Positions 19,574 through 26,779 of a stretch of 64,000 nt of DNA are shown here, piece after piece. Location: positions 967 to 64,966 of the forward strand of contig NZ_DATFKB010000024.1 of the NCBI RefSeq assembly GCF_035268865.1, written 5' to 3'. Below the pieces are notes generated by a model. That model did not search any database and had not been told where the DNA came from. It saw nothing but the letters and a program-made list of their open reading frames with translations. Each line of letters begins with the position of its first letter. The first letter of the stretch is position 1. The translations under genes were made by a program, and so were the position numbers. Source of the stretch: Salinivirga sp. Its GTDB lineage: Bacteria > Bacteroidota > Bacteroidia > Bacteroidales > Salinivirgaceae.

Positions 19574-21922
19574 TTAAAATTTAATGTTGAATGAAACAGT
19601 AGGTAAAATACCAAACAGATAGGTCTTTTCAGCATATATTTTATGCGGATTTTGCTTGTCCTGCTCAAAATTTATGGCCCATGCATTGTGCCGGTCATAA
19701 AGGTTGTAAACTGAAAGGTTCCAATTGCTTTCTACTTTTCTGTCGCCAGCCATCATCGGTTTGTTCTCCCATGTAAGTGAGAGGTCCATACGATGATAAT
19801 CGGGGTAGCGGTCTTCATTTCGGTCTGAATAAATCGGCACATAATTTCCATAAACTTCTGCCATTCCGCGTGGGAATGTAGCCGGCAATCCTGATGAATA
19901 TACCCATGTGGCTCCAACAGAGAGTCGTTTCATGATTTCGTAATTAAGCACAATTGATACATCGTGCGGTTTGTCATATGGAGCAAGAAATGGTTCTCCT
20001 TCATTTACACCATTGATTTTCCGTTCTGCATGAGAATAGGTGTAGCTTGCCCAGCCATTGAACCGCTCAAACTGAAATTTCACCATCAATTCTGTACCAT
20101 AGGCCCATGAACGGCCAAAACGCAATTCGCCCTCCAGGTCTTCATTTAAAAGTAGTACCGCATCATCTTTAAAATCTATGGTGTTTTCCATCCATTTGTA
20201 GTAAACCTCGGCTGAAGCTTTAAGTTTATTGTCAAAAAAGTTTCTGAAAAAGCCAAGTGCAACCTGATCGCCTATTTGTGGTTTTACATTGGGCGATGCC
20301 GAAAACCAAATGTCCAGCGGTGTGCCGGCATTGCCGTTCCGGGCCATTTGTATGTATTGTGTTGTTCTGGCATAACTGGCCTTTATGGATGAATATTCAT
20401 TCAAAGTGAGGTTCATGCTCAATCTTGGTTCCCAGTTAAAATAGGTTTGGTATATACCTCCGCTGTGTTCGGTAGTATCGACACGTTCACTGTTTTCATA
20501 TGTGTAGGTTGGTTTATTTCCATAATTACCAAACGACGAGTTGCGCAACCCACCTTTGAAAGCGAGCAGCGCATTTACTTTATATTCGAATCCCACATAA
20601 ATGCCATTTTCTATGGAGCGGTTAATGGGCACGCGCACCGACCCTAAAGACGACACACTATCGCTGGTTCCTCTGGCATACCCCGGGTTAAACACATGCA
20701 ATGTGCTTTGAATACCGTAGTTAACTTTGAGCCTGGGTGTGGCGAAATAGGTAAAATCGTATTTTGCAGTTAAGTCATTGAGTCCGGCTTCCCATAGAAA
20801 TGAATTGGCTTCATTTTCGGGTGTTCCAAGTGAGTAATAATAGTTGCTGTAAACTACTGAGAGGTTGGAGAACAATTTTTTCGAAAATAGATGATTCCAT
20901 CGAATTGTTCCGGTGCCATTTCCATAACCCATGCGGGCAAACTCCGAGCCGAATACATCGCGGCCAAAATAGCCTGACAGAAATACGCGGTCGTTGTTGC
21001 TTATTTTATAGTTGATTTTCGTATTGAGATCGTAAAAAAACAAAGTATTGTTTCTGATATCTTCATTGCGGGAGAGTGGTAAAAATAAGTCCACATAGGT
21101 TCTGCGGCCCGAGGCCATGACGGAGATTCGGTCTTCCCACAGCGGCCCCTCTATTGTGGCTCGTGATGAAATGAGACCGATTCCGCCCACACCACTAAAT
21201 TGCTTATTGTTTCCCTCGCGCATGTGTATGTCGAGCACAGAAGAGAGCCTGCCACCGTATTTTGCAGGTATATCTCCTTTGTAAAGCTTTACATCTTTAA
21301 TGGCGTCGTTGTTGAATACCGAGAAAAAGCCCATCAGGTGAGAAGCATTGTACACATTCGCTTCATCTAAAAGAATAAGGTTCTGATCCAGATTTCCTCC
21401 GCGTACGCTGAATCCGCTTGAACCTTCTGCCGGTGTTTGAACTCCGGGCAGTAGCTGTATGGCTTTAATGATATCGACTTCACCCATCAGTGCAGGGATT
21501 TTTCTGATATCGTCGCTGCCCAGTTGTTCTACACTCATTTCTGTTTTGGTGATATTGGCATTGGATTTTTCGCCTGTTACAACTACCTCCTCCAGCTCCT
21601 CCGCAGTGGGTTCAAGTTCAATATTGCGCGATAAATCTTTATCAGATATGGTAATGGTGAATGTTTTCGCTCGATAGCCAATAAAGCTGTATCTCACATT
21701 GTAAGTCCCCGGCGCAAGACTGATGGAATAAAAACCGTAGACATTGGTAATGGTACCCTGTCCGATTTCCTGCACGTAAACCGTCGCACCTATAAGGTCT
21801 TCGCCTGTGGCAGCGTCAGTAATATATCCGCTGAGTACAGGTTTACGTTCATTGGTATTGTCGGCCCTGTTTGCAATTGGACCCAACAATAGAAGTATGG
21901 TGATAATTATAAATAATCTCAT
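19574..21922 (-). CDS. TonB-dependent receptor with N-terminal carboxypeptidase-regulatory-like domain
   Basis: TGEDLIGATV, LEEVVV, VRGG..DQNLILLD, YGGRLSSVLDI, terminal F. Confidence 0.92.
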   Translation of the reverse strand: MRLFIIITILLLLGPIANRADNTNERKPVLSGYITDAATGEDLIGATVYVQEIGQGTITNVYGFYSISLAPGTYNVRYSFIGYRAKTFTITISDKDLSRNIELEPTAEELEEVVVTGEKSNANITKTEMSVEQLGSDDIRKIPALMGEVDIIKAIQLLPGVQTPAEGSSGFSVRGGNLDQNLILLDEANVYNASHLMGFFSVFNNDAIKDVKLYKGDIPAKYGGRLSSVLDIHMREGNNKQFSGVGGIGLISSRATIEGPLWEDRISVMASGRRTYVDLFLPLSRNEDIRNNTLFFYDLNTKINYKISNNDRVFLSGYFGRDVFGSEFARMGYGNGTGTIRWNHLFSKKLFSNLSVVYSNYYYSLGTPENEANSFLWEAGLNDLTAKYDFTYFATPRLKVNYGIQSTLHVFNPGYARGTSDSVSSLGSVRVPINRSIENGIYVGFEYKVNALLAFKGGLRNSSFGNYGNKPTYTYENSERVDTTEHSGGIYQTYFNWEPRLSMNLTLNEYSSIKASYARTTQYIQMARNGNAGTPLDIWFSASPNVKPQIGDQVALGFFRNFFDNKLKASAEVYYKWMENTIDFKDDAVLLLNEDLEGELRFGRSWAYGTELMVKFQFERFNGWASYTYSHAERKINGVNEGEPFLAPYDKPHDVSIVLNYEIMKRLSVGATWVYSSGLPATFPRGMAEVYGNYVPIYSDRNEDRYPDYHRMDLSLTWENKPMMAGDRKVESNWNLSVYNLYDRHNAWAINFEQDKQNPHKIYAEKTYLFGILPTVSFNIKF

Positions 21923-21959
21923 AATGAAAGTAAATACTTATTAAGTGATGCTGTCAACA

Positions 21960-22631
21960 CTAATCCTTTTTTGCTCCAAATCCGCCAAATGAGAAAGTTA
22001 TATTACCGAAAGGCGCATTGAATGCATCATCTTCAAAATATCGCTTGGTGTTTTCCTGGTCGTCAGCAATGTAAGTTTCTGTGCCAATACCTGTTACAAA
22101 ACGGTACCCGGCGCCGAAACTAATTTTAAACCAGCGTGTCAGATTCATTTCCACTTCTGCCTGTGGGGCTATTACGCCTATAAAATCGTTATGGCGATCA
22201 TTTTCATCGTATTCAAAATCAGAATCGTAGAGTGAAATAGTGCCGAGGCCGAATTTTGAGCTTATACCAAAATGTACCGGATTGTTGGGCATAAAAATAT
22301 AACCCATCCAAAGCCCACCTGAGCCAAATTCAACATTATAATTCACATTGATTTTGTTGCCGTGCTGGTCATAAATTTGTGGAAACTGGTGCTCTGAAGC
22401 CATTCCCATACCATAACCTCCAATAAAAAAGGTATTGTTGAAAATAGCGGCACCGCCACCGCCACTAAATACAGCAAAGTCTCCATCGTAGGTACTGAAT
22501 TGTACAATTGGCGCACCAAAACCGCTAATGCGGTAGTCTTTATTGCTGAAAATGTAGCGCATTTCGTCTTCCTGCGCCTGTAATGTCATGCTTAACAATA
22601 CAGCTAAAACGGTTAGATAAATAGGTTTCAT
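21960..22631 (-). CDS. Secreted / outer-membrane beta-rich hypothetical protein
   Basis: Signal peptide from MKPIY, Gly/aromatic-rich strands. Confidence 0.65.
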   Translation of the reverse strand: MKPIYLTVLAVLLSMTLQAQEDEMRYIFSNKDYRISGFGAPIVQFSTYDGDFAVFSGGGGAAIFNNTFFIGGYGMGMASEHQFPQIYDQHGNKINVNYNVEFGSGGLWMGYIFMPNNPVHFGISSKFGLGTISLYDSDFEYDENDRHNDFIGVIAPQAEVEMNLTRWFKISFGAGYRFVTGIGTETYIADDQENTKRYFEDDAFNAPFGNITFSFGGFGAKKD

Positions 22632-22895
22632 AATTAATGGTTTTGGGTTAAGAAATCTCTGCAAAAATAGTTGAACGCTTGAAACCCACAAGATGGTATT
22701 GCAAGTTTAAACATTAATTAACAGAAGATGCTCAATAGCAGGTTGATGATTTGCCTTTTTAACTCATTTAGCTGATTAATGTTATTCAATCCCGGATTCC
22801 TTTAGAAATTCCGAACCGTGACACTCCCTGCGAGCGGAACCCTTACCTTCAAAGAATTGATTTTCTCAGTTGATCGATTTTAGTTTGTTTTTCGT

Positions 22896-22903
22896 TACAT
22901 TTG
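22896..22903 (+). promoter_or_regulatory. Bacteroidota -7 promoter element upstream of repeat 1
   Basis: TACATTTG matches TAnnTTTG; the -33 element is weak. Confidence 0.4.
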
Positions 22904-22921
22904 TTGTTAGTGTAATTATTT

Positions 22922-22999
22922 CAAATCGACCAACTGGTTTACGAGCTATACGGCTTAACCGAAGAAGAAATACAGATTGTGGAGGCGGGGGTGCAATAG
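22922..22999 (+). repeat. Repeat copy 1: 3' tail of a Type IIG-like RM gene
   Basis: Translates QIDQLVYELYGLTEEEIQIVEAGVQ*. An in-frame TAA at 22913-22915 just upstream means there is no parent ORF. Confidence 0.85.
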
Positions 23000-23090
23000 A
23001 AAGAACCGGACACTGCTGCCGCGCGATTAGCTACGCTGAGCTCCCTACGGTCGGTTGTATCGCGTGGTTACGTGCAATAACCGGAGACCT

Positions 23091-23125
23091 TAATCGGAGC
23101 CCGACTCCGAGTCGGACTCCGATTA
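23091..23125. repeat. REP-like palindrome family B, copy 1
   Basis: TAATCGGAG-C-CCGACTC-C-GAGTCGG-A-CTCCGATTA. Confidence 0.8.
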
Positions 23126-23182
23126 GGCAACGTTGAAGCTGCCCACGACCCATTACCTTTACTTGCAAAAACCGATAGCAAT

Positions 23183-23920
23183 ATGGAAAACAAACGAAAA
23201 TACACACTCGAAAAATGGTACGAAGTAGACGATTCGTACTACGACAACCCCACTGATTATGAAAAGCTGGGTTACCAACAAGGGGATGTCAATATGTTAA
23301 ATTATGACCAATGGTTATACCAGGAAAACTATCTGTTTGATTATAAGGGGCGCATTGTTCGGAAGTTCGATTATCATATCGCCCATTGGTGCGATTATAC
23401 CAATGAACCATTCGATAATGGCGTATCGTTCGTAATGGACGACCATAAAAAAGATTTTCTTGACAGAAAATATGCACTGGTCGACATTTACGGCAACCTG
23501 CTTACCAAATTTTTCGATGATGTGGGCGAAGGTTGGATCGATAGCACCTATATTATGGTTCAAAAAAACGGAAAATGGGGTTATATCGATAAGCGAGGCC
23601 GGCAGGTTACTGACTTCAGGTTTGATGTCCCGGGTATGGACTACGAATGGCTTAATTTGAGCCATAATTATGAAATCGTACGTTTGGAAATGGAACCCGA
23701 AGGTGTTTATAAGTTTGGATTATTTGCTTTTACCGGGGTGTTGGTGTTGGAACCAAAATACAAAAACATTGAAATCAAATCCGATTACCATTGGTTCGAA
23801 AATAATCACGAACGAATAGGAGCAATGCTCAACGATGAAATTATCGTTACAGACTTTGATGATCAAATGTACCAATGGACGCACCGATATGGGTTAAGAA
23901 AAGTTCAAAGAAATCCATAA
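23183..23920 (+). CDS. WG-repeat (KWG) protein
   Basis: VQKNGKWGYIDKRG, YALVDIYGNLL, KFGLFAFTG...PKY; no signal peptide. Confidence 0.75.
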   Translation: MENKRKYTLEKWYEVDDSYYDNPTDYEKLGYQQGDVNMLNYDQWLYQENYLFDYKGRIVRKFDYHIAHWCDYTNEPFDNGVSFVMDDHKKDFLDRKYALVDIYGNLLTKFFDDVGEGWIDSTYIMVQKNGKWGYIDKRGRQVTDFRFDVPGMDYEWLNLSHNYEIVRLEMEPEGVYKFGLFAFTGVLVLEPKYKNIEIKSDYHWFENNHERIGAMLNDEIIVTDFDDQMYQWTHRYGLRKVQRNP

Positions 23921-24017
23921 AAATGAAATTTCGGAAGTAGAGAAGCATTTTTTACATCAAATTGAACACACACAAAAGAAATTAAAGAACAAAAACAAAA
24001 ACGAACAGGACGGTTAT

Positions 24018-24092
24018 ACCGCCCAACTGGTATATGAGCTTTACGGTTTAACGGAAGAAGAAATACAGATTGTGGAGGCAGGGGTACAATAG
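24018..24092 (+). repeat. Repeat copy 2: 3' tail of a Type IIG-like RM gene
   Basis: Translates TAQLVYELYGLTEEEIQIVEAGVQ*. Confidence 0.85.
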
Positions 24093-24104
24093 AAAGCACC
24101 GAAC

Positions 24105-24192
24105 AGCGAGGGCTTCGCCTGGAGCGAAACCCTCGCTTGCAAGTTTATGCGGGGCCGTAATCGGAGATCAGTTTTGAGCCGGCCTTCGGCTA
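24105..24192. repeat. REP-like palindromes A (24105-24137) and degenerate B (24158-24192)
   Basis: AGCGAGGGCTTCGC-CTGGA-GCGAAACCCTCGCT and TAATCGGAGATCAGTTTTGAGCCGGCCTTCGGCTA. Confidence 0.75.
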
Positions 24193-24219
24193 ATTAAAGT
24201 AGAACCATATACCAGATTG

Positions 24220-24265
24220 TTTGGACAGCAAGGCATCTTTTTTGTATATTTGGTTAAAAAACCAA
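24220..24265 (+). promoter_or_regulatory. TA operon promoter with candidate operator
   Basis: TTTG (24220), 21-nt spacer, TATATTTG (24245); inverted repeat TTGGTT-AAAA-AACCAA at 24250-24265. Confidence 0.65.
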
Positions 24266-24507
24266 TGGATATTCAGGCACGAAAAATACAATTTATACAG
24301 GAGTTTCTTAAGTTGAAAAATGAGGATATGATTGCTAAACTTGAAAATCTTTTGCAGCAAGAAAGGCAAAAGCAATACCAAAGCATAAATGAGCCCATGT
24401 CGACTGAAACGTTTAACAGTATGATAGACCGTGCTGAAGATGATTCAAAAAATAGCCGTATAACTTCTGCTGGTGACCTGAAAAATGAAATAGACACATG
24501 GAGCTAA
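24265..24507 (+). CDS. Putative antitoxin (80 aa)
   Basis: MDIQARKIQFIQEFLKL... small protein whose end overlaps the RelE/ParE toxin start. Confidence 0.7.
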   Translation: MDIQARKIQFIQEFLKLKNEDMIAKLENLLQQERQKQYQSINEPMSTETFNSMIDRAEDDSKNSRITSAGDLKNEIDTWS

Positions 24508-24815
24508 AGGTGTTTTGGACAGATACTGCCAGGTATCAATTCGAAGATATTTTCGATTTCCTGAAGTACAAGGCTGGTGTTAACATAGCTAAAAATATTG
24601 TGACCCGAATCATCGATAAGACACTTACGCTGGAAAAACATCCAACTATAGGGCAGATTGAAGAACTATTACAAAACAGGGAGTATGATTACCGGTATTT
24701 AATTGAAGGCAATTATAAAATTATTTACTGGATAGAAAACAACTACATAAAAATTGCTGCAGTTTTCGATTGCAGGCAAAATCCCCATAAAATGCAGCAG
24801 GTTGACAATTATTGA
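24498..24815 (+). CDS. RelE/ParE family toxin
   Basis: V.WTD.A..., L.KHP.IG, YR.LIEGNYKIIY, VFDCRQNP. Confidence 0.88.
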   Translation: MELKVFWTDTARYQFEDIFDFLKYKAGVNIAKNIVTRIIDKTLTLEKHPTIGQIEELLQNREYDYRYLIEGNYKIIYWIENNYIKIAAVFDCRQNPHKMQQVDNY

Positions 24816-24919
24816 TTCATAATTTTTGAGGTAGCCAAAAAATAAATGCCGGGGAATAGCATGAAGTAGACCAAAATCAAAAAAAATTAAATTACAATGT
24901 TAACGGCATTTCCAAAACC

Positions 24920-24997
24920 CAAATCGACCAACTGGTATACTAACTTTACGGCTTAACGGAAGAGGAGATACTGGTTGTGGAGGCGGGTGTGCAATAA
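24920..24997 (+). repeat. Repeat copy 3: 3' tail of a Type IIG-like RM gene, with internal stop
   Basis: Translates QIDQLVY*LYGLTEEEILVVEAGVQ*. Confidence 0.85.
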
Positions 24998-25074
24998 TCG
25001 GAGACCGACTTGGAGTCGGCCTCCGATTGGCATTATCGAATAGCGAGGGCTTCACTTAGCGCGAAACCCTCGCT
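24995..25074. repeat. REP-like palindromes B (24995-25029) and A (25042-25074)
   Basis: TAATCGGAGACCGACTTGGAGTCGGCCTCCGATTG and AGCGAGGGCTTCACTTAGCGCGAAACCCTCGCT. Confidence 0.8.
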
Positions 25075-25278
25075 TGCAAGTTTTAATGGAGCCCTTAGGA
25101 GGCTGTTAAAAAAGTCTTTTATAAAAGCTTTACTGAAAATAAGGTTTTGTCCCAAATCTTAATCACTACCTGGGATTCATGGAAGCGGAATTTCAAAAAC
25201 GTATTTTATTTTTATTCAAAATATTTACATTCTGCTTGCACCAATAGGCCTTCCCTGAGTTTGCAGCATAGCAGCAAG

Positions 25279-26775
25279 CTACTCCACCCGCAATATCTTG
25301 TATTGCTTTTGCTCAACCAGGTAATGAAAACTGGTATCGTTGAGTAGGGCAAGCATGGAGCGGGGTTCGAGTGCCAGTACCAATTTATTGGCTGCTAACT
25401 GAGTGGTGGGAACCTCAATATAAGCCTTGTCTGCAGGTACGCTCGTTTTCATATCTGCATTTACTTTTACATTCAGAAAATCCCAACCTTCGTTGCATGT
25501 GGCTGTATCTACTTTTTGAATGGTATATTGTGTGATTTTTTCCGTTTCGCCGGGTTCGTAATCTTCATATTCAATGTGATGCTTTTGCAGCCATGCATTG
25601 AGCTTGAAGTCATCTTTCGGTATCAGGTAAGCCTTTGGCCGATCAACGGTTTCTGTTGATTTTCTTACAGAATGATATTCCTTGACCATAAAAATGGTGT
25701 CTTTATCTGTTTTTATAGACCGCAAGGGATAGGCCAGTTTCTGTTTTCCTTTAACATGGGCAAAGCGTATACCCACCTTTTCTCCTGGTTTTGCATTTTT
25801 TAGCTCGCGCCTTGCTTTTGTAACGATGTTCGATGCACGGGTGGCATTCTGGTAAAACCAGGCAATAAGGGATTCAAGCAATACCAACTGGCTTTTGGTG
25901 CGTCGTTCAAGGTTGTGGTTGGTCGTTTTGCCGTTTTTACCCTCTATGATCATGGGAAAGCTGTGCATAATACCAAAACTTTGTCGTCCATCATCAATGT
26001 GGGTTGTGCTGTGGCGCAAACGCCCACCTTCGCTGTGAATTTGGCCCAGTGTGTATTCAAAAAAGCTGTATCCGGCATCTTCTACCGCATTTTTAGCGTA
26101 AGGGAGTACCTCATCATAAAACAGATCGAACAACGAATGATTTATATTAGGATTGGTAGGGCCGCCAAGCTGTACGTCGAAATTTTTAATGTAGCCAAAT
26201 TCTTCCCACGACGACCGGTATGGGTAATACTCGTGCACATCAATGGTGATTTCAGGTTTGTATTTATGAAATACCTTATGTACTATACGGTTCGCTTTTG
26301 TGGCCAGTACAAGATGATCGCGGTTAAGGTCGAAATCACCGGCTGTGCGCCGTTCGTCATGATCGTTTCCCCAGGGGTTTACCTGTGGCATAATCAGAAG
26401 GTTTATGCTATCGAGTACGGCCATGTATTTTTTATTGGCAAAACCGGCGATTAGTGCCAGTGCAGCCTCTTTACCCGATGGTTCATTGCCATGTTGCTGT
26501 GCAATGATGAATACGGTTGGCTTGTATTGTTTCGTTTGCTTTTGAATTTTTACTAAAGGAATTGCCATTGCTGAACTGGTGTGTCCGGCATTTTTTACTG
26601 TAATATAGCCTGAAGCAGTGTCGACCTTTTGCAAAAAAGTCATTAGTGCTTTATGGGTTGTAACTTTTGAGAAATTGTTTTGCTGAATGGGATAAGTTAT
26701 CGATTGCTTACCTGTTTTATCGCACCCCCAAAAAAGTAATGTTGCCGCAATAATAGGGAAAAGAAGCGTTTTCAT
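25279..26775 (-). CDS. M14 zinc carboxypeptidase family lipoprotein
   Basis: Lipobox WGC, HGNE, NPWG..RR, DLNRDH, IDVHE. Confidence 0.85.
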   Translation of the reverse strand: MKTLLFPIIAATLLFWGCDKTGKQSITYPIQQNNFSKVTTHKALMTFLQKVDTASGYITVKNAGHTSSAMAIPLVKIQKQTKQYKPTVFIIAQQHGNEPSGKEAALALIAGFANKKYMAVLDSINLLIMPQVNPWGNDHDERRTAGDFDLNRDHLVLATKANRIVHKVFHKYKPEITIDVHEYYPYRSSWEEFGYIKNFDVQLGGPTNPNINHSLFDLFYDEVLPYAKNAVEDAGYSFFEYTLGQIHSEGGRLRHSTTHIDDGRQSFGIMHSFPMIIEGKNGKTTNHNLERRTKSQLVLLESLIAWFYQNATRASNIVTKARRELKNAKPGEKVGIRFAHVKGKQKLAYPLRSIKTDKDTIFMVKEYHSVRKSTETVDRPKAYLIPKDDFKLNAWLQKHHIEYEDYEPGETEKITQYTIQKVDTATCNEGWDFLNVKVNADMKTSVPADKAYIEVPTTQLAANKLVLALEPRSMLALLNDTSFHYLVEQKQYKILRVE

Positions 26776-26779
26776 AATG

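Noticed and set aside
22870-23136. 88-aa ORF across repeat 1 (also 23905-24099 on the minus strand)
   Set aside because: These are off-frame or antisense translations of the repeat and hairpins, and are unlikely to be genes.
22922-24997. Three direct repeats as a CRISPR array
   Set aside because: The repeats are 70-78 bp and diverge like coding sequence, the intervals are about 1 kb and contain genes, and there are no cas genes.
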